From: the human T2T-CHM13v2.0 reference genome, Homo sapiens | DNA: 64,000 nucleotides | Assembly (NCBI RefSeq): GCF_009914755.1 | Contig: NC_060938.1 | Reading direction: 5' to 3' (one strand) | Shown here: in pieces, positions 26,502-39,863 of the stretch | How the letters are laid out: every line of letters starts with the position of its first letter | Numbering within the stretch: position 1 is the stretch's first letter | Made by a program: the position numbers and the translations under genes | Notes under the pieces: generated by a model | Databases searched by the model: none | Told to the model about the DNA's origin: nothing | The model's input: only the letters and a program-made list of their open reading frames with translations

Positions 26502-29322
26502 TTAACTACCTGAAATATACTATATATATATCCAACATTGGAGCACCCAGATTCATAAAACAAGTTCTTAGCCTACAAAAAGACTTAGACAACCACACAA
26601 TAACAATGGGAGACTTCAACATCTTACTAACAGTGTTAGACACATCATTGAGGCAAAAAGCTAACAAAGAAACTCTGGACTTAAACTCAACACATGACCA
26701 ATCACACCTAATAAACATCTACAGAACATTCACCAAGCATATACCTTCTTCTCATCTGCACATGGAACCTATTCTAAGATCAACCACATGCTCAGTAATA
26801 AAGCAAGTCTCAATAAATTCAAAATAATTAAAATCATATCAAGCACATTTTTGGAACACAGTACAATAAAAATATAAACCAATATCTAGAAAATCTAAAA
26901 AATATAAAACAAATACATGGAAGCTAAACAACTTAGCTCCTGAAGAGCTCCCAACTGAACATTGAAATTAAGGCAGAAATCAAAAAATTCTTTGAAATTA
27001 TTGAAAATACAGACCCAAGTTACCAAAATCTCTGTCGTACAGCTAAAGCAGTATGAAGAGGCAAGTTCATAGCCTTAAATACCTTCATCAAGAAGTTAGA
27101 ATTATCTCAAATTGACAACCTAACTTTGCAAAAGATCAATATCACCAGGATTTGTTTTTTCAAAAAACAACCTAATTGATAGACTGCTAGCTAGATTAAC
27201 AAAGAAAGAAAAAAATCCAAACAAATAAAATCAGAAATGACAAAGATGAAATTACAACTGAACCCACAGAGATGCAATCATCAGGAAATACTATTAACTC
27301 TATGAACACAAATTTGAAAATATGAAGAAAATGGATAAATTCCTGGAAACACAGCTCCAAAGATTGAATCAGGAAGAGAATAAAACTGAATAGACCAATA
27401 TGGGGTTCTGAAATTAAATCAATAATAATAATTTTTTAAAAAACCCAACCAACCAAAAAAAAAAGCCCTGGGCCACATGGATTCACAGCCCAATTTTACC
27501 TGATGTAGAAAGATGAACTGGTACAAATCTTACTGAAACTATTCCCAAAAATCAAGGAGAAAGTAATTCTCCCTAATGCATTCTATGAAGCCAGTACTTT
27601 CCTAATACCAAGATCTGGCAGAGACACAATTAAGAAAGAACACTTCATGTCAATATCCCTGATAAACGGCCACAGAAATACTCAACAAAATACTAGCAAA
27701 CTGAATTCTGCAGCATGTCAAAAAGTAGGCTTTATTTCTGGGATGCAAGGTTGGTCTCACATATGTAAATCAGTAGATGTGATTCACCATGTAAACAGAA
27801 TTAAAAGCAACAACCACATTATCATCCCAATAGATACAGAAAAAGCTTTCAATAAAATCCACATCCCTTTATGATGAAAAACTCTCAACAGACAAGGTAT
27901 TGAGGGAACCTACTTGAAAATAATACAGTTCATCTATGACAAACCCACAGGTAAAACATAAGACTGAATAAGCAAAAGCTGGAATCATACCTCTTGAGAT
28001 CTGGATCAAGAAAAGGATGCCCATTCTCACCACTCCATTCAACATAGTACTAGAAGTCCTAGCCAGAGCAATTAAGCAAGAAAAAGAAATAAACGGCCTT
28101 CAAACAGTAATATAAGAAGTCATAATATGTCTTTTCTCTGACATTATAATTCTATAATTAGAAAACCTTCAAGATTCTGCCAAAAGGCTACTAAACTGAT
28201 AAATAATTTTAACAAGGTTTCAGGATATAAATGTATAAAATTAGTAGAATTTCTGTATACCAATAACATCCATGCTGAGAGCCAAATCAAGAACACAATC
28301 CCATTTATAATAGCCACAAAGAAAATGAAATACCTAGGAATGAAGCTAACCAAGGAGGTGAATGATCTGTACAAGGAGAGCTACAAAACACTGCTGAAAT
28401 AAATCAGAGATGACACAAATAAATGTAAAATCATTCTATGCTCATGGACTAGAAGAATCGATATTGTTAAAATGGCCATATTGCCCAAAGCAATTTACAG
28501 ATTCAGTGCTATCCATACCAAACTACCAATGTCATTCTTCACAGAATAAAAAAAAAATTCTAAAATGTATATGGAACCAAAAAGAGCTTAAGTAGCCAAA
28601 GCAACCCTAAGCAAAAACAACAAAGCCAGAGGCATCACACTACCTGACTTCAAACTATACTATAAGGGTACAGTAATCAAAAAACCATGGTACTGGAACA
28701 AAAACAGACATGTAGACAAATGGAACAGCATAGAGAATCCAGAAATAAAGCCACACATTTACAACCGTGGGGAAAGGACTCCCTATTCGATAAATGGTAC
28801 TGGGATAACTGGCTAGCCACATGCAGAAGAATAAAACTAGATCCTTAGCTTTCACTGTGCACAAAAATTAACTCAAGATGGATTAAAGATTTTAATGTAA
28901 GACCTCAAAAACTATAAAAATATTAGAAGAAAACCTAAAAAATATCCTTCTCAAAATCGGCCTTGGCAAATAACTTTTGTCTAAGTCTCCAAAAGCATTT
29001 GAAATAAAAACAAAAATTGGTAAGTGAGACGTAATTAAACTAAAGAGCTTCTGAACAGCAAAAGTAACTATCAACAGAGTAAACAGACATCTTACAGAAT
29101 GGGAGAAGATATTTGCAAACTATGCATTTGACAAAGGCCTAATATCCAGGATCTATAAGGAACTTAAATCAACAAGCAAAAAACAATTAACCCCATTAAA
29201 AAAAATGGGCAAGGAAATTGAATATGCATTTCCCAAAAGAAGTCACACACATGGCCAAAAACATATGAAAAAATGCTCATCATCACTAATAATTAGAGAA
29301 GTAAAAATGAAAACCACAATGA

Positions 29323-29663
<341 letters not shown>

Positions 29664-30456
29664 AAAAACACAATGAGATACCATCTCACACCAATCAGAA
29701 TGACTATTATTAAAAAAATAAAAAAACAGCAGATGCTGGCAAGGCTATGGAGAAAAGGGAACATTTATAGAACATTTATACACTGTTGGAGGGAATGTAA
29801 ACAAGTTTAGCCACTGTGGAAAGCAGTTTGGAGATTACTTAAAGAACTTAAAACAGACTTACTTTTTGATCCAGCAATTCCATTACTGTGTATATACTCA
29901 AAGGAAAAGAGACCTTTATACCAAAAGACACATGTACCTATATATTTTATCATGCTATTCATAGTAGCAAAGACATGGAATCAACCAAGGTGTCCATGAG
30001 TGGTGGATTGGTTGAAGAATATGTGGTACATATATGCCACATAACACTATGCAGCCATAAGAAAGAATGAAATTTTGTCCTTTGAAGCAACATGGATGAG
30101 CTGGAGCCCATAATCCTAAGTGAATTAATGCAGGAGCAGAAAGCCAAATACCCCATGTTCTCACTTATAAGTGGGAGCTAAACATTGAGCTCACATGGAC
30201 ATAACCATGGGAACAATAGACGCTAGCAACGACTAGAGAGGGCAGGGAAGAAGGGGAACATGGGTTATGCTCACTACCTGGGTGCAATATACTCATATAG
30301 CAAAGCTGCACATGTATCTAACATAACATTGAAATTTTAAAAATAGGACATTTTAATACAAAATTAGATTTAAAAGTAATTACTATTAGCGAAAATAAGT
30401 CACAACCATTTAGAAATCTGAAAAATGCTGACAAATATCATAAATACAGAAATTCC

Positions 30457-30753
30457 TGTTAAGATGAGTACTTAGTGTGGGCCCTAATTTAATATGACTA
30501 ATGTCCTTACAAAAAGAGGAGATTAAAAAACAGAGTGAGAGATATCAGACAAGCTCCCACAGAGAACAAGGAGCACGTGAGGACACAGTGAGGAGGTATC
30601 CATTTGCAGGCCAAGGAGAAAGCCCTCAGAAGAAGCCAACCCCGCTGACACCTTGATTTTGGACTTCTAGGCCCCCAAACTATGACAAAAAAATTGTTAT
30701 TTAAGCTACCCAGTCTGTAGTCTTTCTTATGGCAATTCTAGCACATTCATAAA
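30457..30753 (+). mobile_element. MLT1B-like MaLR LTR, 3' part
   Basis: gggccctaatttaatatgactaatgtcctta...gccaaggagaaagccctcagaagaagccaaccccgctgacaccttgattttggacttctag. Confidence 0.8.
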
Positions 30754-32119
30754 CCACATCTATACCCCAACAAGCCCCACTGCCACTCCATTTGCTACCT
30801 GATGTGAAATGAGGTATTACAGGAAAGAAGTGGCAGTAGAAAAAAAATCATGTTAAGAAATGTTTTAAAATACCTTATAGTTGTAAATGTTCAGAAGTAT
30901 ATTGACAGTATGTACCCAATTTCTTCCAAGAGTCATGGAAGTAATCCATGCAAGTTAAGGGACCTGGAAGTTCAATACCAGCTCTTTCGTGAATATGCTC
31001 CCAACTCTATCATATAAAGATGTTTCATGTTGCCAAATAAAAATGTCAATGTATTACATTACTTAAAGTCATCCAATTAAAAGATATTGCAACTTCAAAC
31101 TACCACTGAAAAATATGTACTATGTCTTTATAACTGGCAAATAATTTTGAACATTTGCACTGGAGGAGATGGACATATTTTGTCATTTTATCATTAGGAT
31201 ATGCAAACAAAATGGCAGGCAGATACAAGCTAACAAAACATACTATCACTCTAGGTTGATGCCAGTATAATAAAAATCACAAATGAAAATCATAAAATGG
31301 CACTAAAACTGAGTGGGAGTATTAGGTTATAATATGGTTCACCGAGAGGATCCGAAATACGATTATAACATTTTAAAATAATCATCAAAGTAGAAAAGGT
31401 AAATTAAAAACAAATACTTATAAAAGGAAATTTGTGGTCCTTGGATCTATTATCTTCCATTTGACAAACATTGCCGTGGATTTTGGTGCTCTACTTTTCT
31501 TTTCTAGGCATAACTAATTTGTAATATTCCTTCCTGCTGATAGCTTTTAAAAACTGAAATTTTGTTTTTGTGGCATTTAGGACAAGTCCAAACACCTGGA
31601 TAATTAAATCCAGAAAGATCATCAAAGCATGTTTACTCAGCTGTACTTTAAGTTACTAAATTTGTCAGCTTTTCTGGAAAGATATATCAGGGATGAGTAC
31701 TACTACAATTATAATCTGTAAATATTTGTAAATGTGTTGTTTGTAGAACACAGTGTTGTTTCTATAATACTGAGAAGAATTAAGTTGGATTAAAGCTAAC
31801 AGTGCTTAACAGGATGAGTAGATCCCATAGAGATTATGTTTCTATATGAGACAAAATTAATGATGTTCAAGAATAAAAAAATACGCTCATCATTACCCCC
31901 AAGCCCATGATGAGCATATGGCAGTACAGTGGATGTTACCAACATCTATATTTCTGGAGAATAGACAAAAATAATGGACTTATAACATTGTAAGTCATAT
32001 ATACATGTATTTGTTACACAAAATAAAAATAATCCAGATTATAGTAATTTTAACTGTGAATATTATTGTCCTTTTGTAGTTTTTACATTGGTATAGATCT
32101 ACTTATATATTCAATTAAT

Positions 32120-32631
32120 ATTCATTATTACACTGCTATAATGAACTACCTGAGATTTTCACACTGCTATAAAGAACTACCTGAGACTAGGTAATTTATA
32201 AAGAAAAGAGGTTTAATTGACTCACAGATCCACATGGCTGGGGAGGCCTCAGGAAACTTACAGTCATAGCAGAAGATGAAGAGGAAGCAAGGCATATCTT
32301 ACGTGGCAGCAGGAGGAAAAAGAACGAAGAAAGCTGTGCACTTTTAAACCATCAGATCACTTGCTATCACAAGAACAGCATGAGGGAAACCCTCCCCGTA
32401 ATCCAATCACCTCCCACCTGGTCCCTCTCTTGACACATGAGGATTACAATTCCAGATGAGATTTGGGAGGGGACATAGAGCCAAATCATATCATTCCACT
32501 CCTGGCCCCTCCCAAATCTCATGTCCTTTCACATTTCAAAACCAATCATGCCTTCCCAATAGTCCCCCAATGTCTTAGCTCCTTCCAGCATTAAATCAAA
32601 AGTCCAAGTCCAAAATCTCATCTGAGACAAG
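32120..32631 (-). mobile_element. THE1D/MSTA 3' LTR (32120-32493) with adjoining MaLR internal fragment (32494-32631)
   Basis: cactgctataaagaactacctgagac...gagccaaatcatatca, then ttccactcctggcccctcccaaatctcatgtcc...tcatctgagacaag. Confidence 0.88.
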
Positions 32632-32791
32632 ACATATCAGGGTATATGTTTAAAAAATGCAAACATAGAGATGATATGAAAGTAAAAATACATGCACCAC
32701 ATTTTCCCTCTATTGTCAATACTCAGTGGATGGCCAAGGACCAATGAGCTTAACAGCTTTGGTAATACTCCTTGCTTAAGAAATGTTCTTA

Positions 32792-32950
32792 AGCTGGTCA
32801 CTGTGGTGCCTGCCTATAGTCTCAGCTACACAGGAGGCTGAAGCAAGGGGATTACTTGAGCCCATAAATTTAGCTTATAGTGTGCAATGATTGTTCTTAT
32901 GAACAGCCATTGCTAGCAACACTCCATTTCTTAAAAAACAAAAAAACAGA
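32792..32950 (+). mobile_element. FAM-like free Alu monomer
   Basis: tgcctatagtctcagctac.caggaggctgaagc...tagtgtgcaatgattg...tgaacagccattgc; TSD gaaatgttctt at 32780 and 32961. Confidence 0.8.
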
Positions 32951-33504
32951 AATAAAGAATGAAATGTTCTTTAAAATCTCAATCAAAGAAATGCAACCAC
33001 TTTCAGAAAAAACTAATCAGCCACATACTTTCATTAAAGATATTTTTCACAGTTAATATGTATTTGATGAAATGCAAAGTATCTCATGTAATATCCTCAA
33101 ATGCCACATATACATATTTTTCTTTCTCAGCTCTCTCTCTTCCACTCTTCTGCCATCTCTTTCCCTCAGCTCCTTTTACTTAAGAACTTTACAAAAAGAA
33201 AAAATGGAATGGAACATTTAATAAGGCAAAATATAATCCAAATCAGAAAATACTGCTCCAAGTGGAATGGTGCCCAAGAATAGTGCATACTTGGTTACTT
33301 TTAAACTTGTCTGAGTATTTTAGAATTATTGACCTTGTTGCCTTCAGTGGTCATAGTCCCACTGCTGGATTCTTGAACAAATAGATCCATCCTTGATGAC
33401 AACATCTGCATAGCTTTCTGAAGCACATTGTTGAGAATGATTGGGCAGGATTGTGTCACACTGAAGGAAGAAGCTCTATGATCTACTAATGATGTTTTCC
33501 ATGG

Positions 33505-33640
33505 GTACTGGACAGATTAGTTATGTGTTTACTTGTCTATCAACAGGAGATAATAATATTTGTTTTGCCTACTTCACATTGATATTCTAAGAAGTAAATG
33601 AACTAAAATGTGATCATAAGAGCAATCTACCTTTAAATAA
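33505..33640 (+). mobile_element. MIR fragment
   Basis: ggagataataatattt...cctacttcaca...taagaagtaaatgaactaaaatgtg. Confidence 0.55.
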
Positions 33641-34494
33641 ACAGAGAGTACTATTTGTAAATCTCTTTTACTTCTAAAATCCTTAGCCGAGGACACTAAA
33701 TTTACTGCATCTGTCCTGAGAATAAGAACAGTTACGACAGGCCACAGTGTTAATGATTAGAAACTGGCATTTGCCTTTGTATTTGTCAGATTTTGTGATT
33801 GCTCATGGAGGGAGAAACCTAACTGTAATGGCAGCACATGAGAGTGAAGCTATCCAGCTTTCCCACAGTGTTGTTCTCTCAAGGAGCCTCGATCTCATTT
33901 AGATACATATTCATGGACATTCATTCCCTCTGTACGTGTGCTCGAACCCATAGAGAGAGAGGATTCCTATGCTTTAAATTGTAAAGCAAATGATTCTCTC
34001 CATGTAACCCTGAATTTAGTATACGCAATTCCTCACAATGGCAATTTTCTTGCCTGCTAAGGAGCAAATGCCAGTGATGTTCAATCACGTTTGAACAAAA
34101 ATTTTATTTTTGCAGAAGTAGAGCAAAACGTAACATTTTCCTCTATAAATGAAGCTATTGTTTTCATAGCACTAGAGTTTGAAAAACCAAAAGAAAGTCA
34201 TGTTGTATGTGTAATCAAGGATTCCATTGTGGCCACATAGCCTCACATGATCTCCTTCTTAATCCTCTCTTTTAGCAACCCCCAAGAAAATAAGTCTACA
34301 AAAATTCTGATGCTCATCTAATTGGATTAATTATCTAATTGGATTAAATTTACCTAATTTATTTTGAATTTGTTAACATCTAATATTTCCCGGTTAACAT
34401 AAGCTACCTGAGAGCAAGACTATCATTATTTATCTCTGCCTCATTTTTTTAACTTATTAATTCACTCAGAGGCAACTACACAATAAATGATGAT

Positions 34495-34744
34495 TCACTT
34501 GTTTTTTCAACAAGTGTGTTCTGATAGTCCACTATTTGTGCAAAGTGCTGAGGATACAGTGGTAAATATAATAAATACAGCCCATAACCTCATAGAGGTT
34601 ATGCTCTTACAGATGCTATGCAGGTATGGGGGTGAACATCTTCTAAAATGAGGCTGAATTAGAAGATGATTTTTAGACAGATGTCCTAAGCTAAGATTAT
34701 AAACATAAAATAGAGTTAAGAGAACTAAAAATACTGAAGGCATA
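34495..34744 (-). mobile_element. L2 3' end
   Basis: attcacttg..ttcaacaag...ccactatttgtgcaaagtgctgaggatacagtggtaaa. Confidence 0.65.
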
Positions 34745-35313
34745 TGTGATGGTTAACATTAGGTGTCAACTTGATTGAATTGAAAGATGCCTAGATAGCT
34801 GGTAAAGTATTGTTTCTGGGTATGTCTGTGAGGGTGTTGCCAGAGGACATTAACACTTGAGTCAGTGGACTGGGAGAGGAAGACCCACCCACAATGTGGG
34901 TGGGTACCCTCCAATCAACTGCCAGTGCTGCTAAAACAAAGCAGGCGGAAGAAGATGGGATAAATTGGCTTGCTGAGTCTTCTGGCTTTCATCTTTCTCT
35001 CATGCTGGATGCTTCCTGCCATTGGACGTGGGGCTCCAGGTTCTTCAGCCTTTGGACTCTTGGATTTACACCAGTGGCTTGCGGGGGGCTCTCAGGCCTT
35101 AAGCCACAGACTGAAGGCTGCACTGTCTTCCCTACCGTTGAGGCTTTTGGAGTCGGAATGAGCCACTACTGGCTTCCTTCCTCCTCAGCTTGCAGATAGC
35201 CTATCATGGAACTTCACCTTGTGATTACCTATGTCAATTCTCCGTAACAAACTCCCTTTCATATATACATCTATCCTATTAGTCTGTCCCTCTGGAGAAC
35301 CCTGACTAATACA
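34745..35313 (+). mobile_element. MLT2A2-like (HERV-L) solo LTR
   Basis: TGTGATGGTTAAcATTAGGTGTCAACTTGATTG...gagtcagtggactgggagaggaagacccaccc...ctctggagaaccctgactaataCA; perfect 5-bp TSD GCATA. Confidence 0.9.
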
Positions 35314-35449
35314 GCATATATTTTCTGAGAAGGGAACATCGTATAAAGACAGGTAGTCATAAAACACCAGGCAACCTTATACATCTGGAGGAATAAAATG
35401 TCTGTGAGGGAAAAATGGCAGGATACACTGCTGACCAGAGCCAGTGAGG

Positions 35450-35990
35450 GCTAAAGAGTGGGATCTGGCACCAACAGCTAGAGCATTGTCTCACAGGATA
35501 GTGGACTTGAACAGTGATAGGCTGAGATCAAAATGAGATACCTCCATAAGCTTATCTGAGCACAGACAAAATTAAAGAAGACTGTAAAAACCACAAAAAG
35601 GACCAAACATTACTTTTCTAATTAAGCCAAATGAATGCCACATTTTCGAATTTGTTCTTGTTTTTGTTTTTATTTTTTACCAATTATAGCCTTAGCCCTC
35701 TTTTCTTCTTCCCTTTACCTAGGTGGATTATTAAGATACTATGTCAACAAGTTATTTTTGCTTTCTGACAGCCCTCAGTCTGGAATAGATTCTTCCTTCC
35801 TTGAAGCTTTCTTCAAATCACATAACACAAGCCCAAATCCTATAACCAGCCTATTCTAATACACTCATACAGAGATGGCCCAGTGGTCCCATGGTGTGTG
35901 TCCTCTCTTGTTGCAATGAGTAATTGAACCCCCTCTGTTTGACTATAGCTGTATTCTTGGTTGTCTTTGGCTGCTGAACATGATTTGGTC
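35450..35990 (+). mobile_element. MER31-like ERV1 LTR
   Basis: cccatggtgtgtgtcctctcttgttgcaatgagtaattgaaccc...tcttggttgtctttggctg resembles the MER31 3' part. Confidence 0.55.
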
Positions 35991-38900
35991 AACACAATTG
36001 ATTGGCAACTGTGGGTAGTGGATGTTAGCCAATGATGGAAGACATGAGGAGGACCCCCAGATTTCCTGGGGTACTTTTGTAGTGTTACTGTTCTCTGGGA
36101 TAGGGTATAAAGATAACATAAAATGTTTAAAGGTATAGAGAAAAAAGGAGGAAGAGAAAATGTTTTTTGATATTTAAGTATTTGTGTCATATCCAGACAG
36201 TGGTATACAACAGGTATTGGAGGGTCAGTATAAAATAGGAATCAAATAGATGTGATATCAAATTGTGGTCCTACAATTTCAAGAGAAGAATAAAGTTTAT
36301 TTCCATTGGTTTTAAATACTCTGTTCTTAATGCCAAGAGCTGAGAAAACAAGGACTATTTACTTAAATAATGCAGCTATAGTCACAGTGAAAATAAGTAG
36401 TATGCCTATGACAGATGGCTTGGGAATTAAAACTTTACAAGATAAAGTAACATCTTTTCATTTAAAGCCCATTGATTTTTAAACTGTTTTTAATAATGGC
36501 CCCTGCAATTTTACAGATATTCTTTTCAGAAAGAGCTTGAACACAAGACTTAGAATAACCAGAGAAAGACAAACATTATGTTCATAATCAGAAGAAATGA
36601 GGAAGAGTAAATGTAAAGACAGAAATAGAGAGACTTCAACATGGCTGAATAAATACATCTGGGACTTCCTCTTCCACAAAGAACCATAAAAGTGAGCATA
36701 TAATCACACTTCAAATAGATCATCTAAGATATAACACTGGAATTCAACAGAGAAATGACACAAAACACTAAAAGCAAGGAAGGAGAAGGAAGTGAGGCAG
36801 CCTGCTCAGCTGAGATTAGCTGTGAACCTGAAGTTGCTCCCAAGTGTGGGGAAAGAGTAAGTAAGAGACCCTCAGTGGTCCACATTTCCACTATAGACTT
36901 CTGCAGCCCTAGCCATGGTAGAGCCCCTTGACCCTTGTGTGTCCTGAGGCTGACACAGGGAGCTGCCTGGAGACAGTACAAAGGCATTGCTCCAGAGAGG
37001 AAGCTCATATTGGGTCTCACACACCCCTGAGTTCTACGCAGCTACAGCACAGTGCCATTCTAAGAGCAAAACACTCACCAGACTGCATTCTGCACTATGA
37101 GACCGACAGTCCCTGCACCTTAACACCGTTGGAGCCTCATTGACATTCCCCACCTTCAGCGACTTCTGCTGCCAGCAGCTGCCACGAGGACCAATGTAAA
37201 AGCCATCGATAGCAACCCTGCGCCACCCTAGCAGAGGGGTGGACATGACAAAGGGCTGCCTCACCTGCAGCCATTACTGTTGCTGAATGCTGCTGATTGC
37301 TGCTGCTGCTGCTGCTGGGACTGAAGAAGAAGTCACTGGAAGTAGCACTATCCCTGCAGCAGAGAGACAACTGCATTTTGATGTGCTCTGAGGGCAAACT
37401 TTACTGCCTACAGCTGCTGCTCTTGTGGGCTGCTGCAATCAGGGCCAAAGGGTGAGTAAAATGTGAACCCCCAGTTTCCTGCCTAAGACTGCTGCCACTG
37501 AAAGCAATTTCACCCTCCCCAGTGGCAGGGTTGCAGTGCAGATGCTAATTCCCCCATCTGAGCATTCTGCTGGCAGATTGGAAATCATCCCACTCCTTTC
37601 CTACCCAGCAAGCACCAGTACACACCACGGGGCTAGGGGGTGTGGTGAGGGAAAGTCTGCCAAGCCAGACTCTGTCCCCCACACCCCTGCCCAATACCTG
37701 AGCATGCTCTTTGGGGGATGGAGATGCCCAGAATTCACCACCACTGGAACCTGAGCACTTCTCCCAGAAGTCTGAGGTAGGGCCCACCCGACCTGTTGCT
37801 ATCACCATAGCTGATACTCTCTCACATGTGCCATCTGCTGGCCCAGGAACTGGCTCACTTAGGCTGCAAAAGCACTGCCAACACCAACACAGTCCACTTA
37901 GGACCCAAAGGGCTGTTTGGCCACTGCTGCTGCCATCATCTATAGCATGCCTCCTGCCCAGAGGCTCAAGATACAGTTCCCCCTACTGACCCACTGCTGT
38001 CATTTCCTGCACCTGAGGAAGCCACTTGGAGGCCCAAGAATCATTCTTCCTGAACCACTAACACCAGTGGTAGTGTACAATGCTCCAGGGTCCAAGGACA
38101 GGCACACTCAGCCCACTACTCCCACAACTGGTGACCAAAGACTGATTAACCTGGCATCTCAATCTCCAGGAAAACTTCACCACAGCCTTCAATAACAACC
38201 ATACCTAAGCCACTGAGGAAATTGCAGATACCACTAACCTTTTTTGCAGCAGAAGAAATCATAGAGACTACAATACTGCACACACTGAGAATCAAAGTCA
38301 AAGTGCCTGACCCAACCAACACCATAGATACATTATTAAGAAAAAGTCTTCCTTCATGAAAACAAAGTCAAAAAATAAAAAGAAACAACTGTTACACCCA
38401 ATGTGCAGATATCAATGTAGGAACACAGGAAACATGGAAAAGGAAGAAAATATAACATCTACAAAAAATATAATAATTCACCAGCAACAGATTCCAATCA
38501 GAAAGAAATTTGCAAAATCCTAGAAAAGTAATTCAAAATGTTGATATTAAAGAAGCTCTGTGAGATATAAAATACTAAAAAAAAAACAAAAAAATTGATA
38601 GATATACAGATATAAACAAGAAATTTACCGAAGAGACAGATATCACTAAAAAATTCTGAAGCTGAAGAATTTGTTGAGTCAAATACAAAATACATTCAAA
38701 AGCGTCAACAATAGACTAAATTAAATAGGGAAAAGGAATATCAGAACTTGAAGACAGGTCTTTTGAAATAACCCAGTCCAACAAAATTTAAGATTTCTTT
38801 TCTCTTTTAAGAATGAGCAAAATTTCCATGATGTTTAGGGCACAGTAAAGTGATCAAATATTCGAAGTTTTGGTGTTCCAGAAGGCGAAGAGAAAACAAA

Positions 38901-39822
38901 AGAATTCAAAAAAAAAAAAAAAAAAACCTAACGAAATAATAGATGAAAACTTCCCAAGTCTAGCAAGAGATTTAGATATCCCAATACAGGAAACTCAGAG
39001 ATTCCCATGTAGATAAAGTTCAAGGAGTTCTTTTCCATAATACCTGACAATCAAAAGTCAAAGACAAATAGACAATTTAAAAACAGAAAGAGAAAAGCAT
39101 GTAGTCATTTATAAAAGAACCTCCATCAGACTAAAAGTGGATTTTTCCACAGAAACATTACCAGCCAGGAGAGAATGAGATGAAATATTTAAAATGAGGA
39201 AAGAAAAAAAAACCTGCCAGCTAATACTATACCATCAAGGTTACCCTTCATAAATAAAGAGAAAGTCTTTCCCAGACAATCAAAACCTGAGGGAATACGT
39301 GATCACTATACCAGCCCTATGAGAAATGGTTTAGAGAGTTCACAACCTGAAGTGAAAAAACAATACATACCATCATAAAAACACATGAAAAATATAAAAA
39401 CCATTGGTAGAAAAGAGTCAAATAAACAAAATCAGAAATAATACGAATGCATTACAACTGATACCACAAAAATACAAAAGGTCACCACAGATTATTATGA
39501 ACAACTATACATTAAGAAACTGGAAAACCTAGAGAAAATTGATAAATTCCTGGACATATGCAATTTACCAAGATTGAATCATAAAGAAATAGAAAACCTG
39601 CACAGACCAAGAATGAGAAAAGACTCAAATATTTCAAATATTACCACTAGGGAAAGTCACCAAACCAAAATGATAAACAATAAGAAAGGCAAAAAAATAT
39701 ACAAAATAACTAGACATTAATTAATAAAATGACAGAAATAAGCCCTAACATATAAATAATAACCTAAAATATAAATATATTACATTTTCACTTAAAAGAT
39801 ACAGACTGGCAGAATGGATTTA

Positions 39823-39863
39823 AATAATAATAATAATAATAACAATAATAATAATAATAACAA
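39823..39863. repeat. (AAT)n microsatellite in L1
   Basis: aataataataat...aacaac. Confidence 0.85.
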
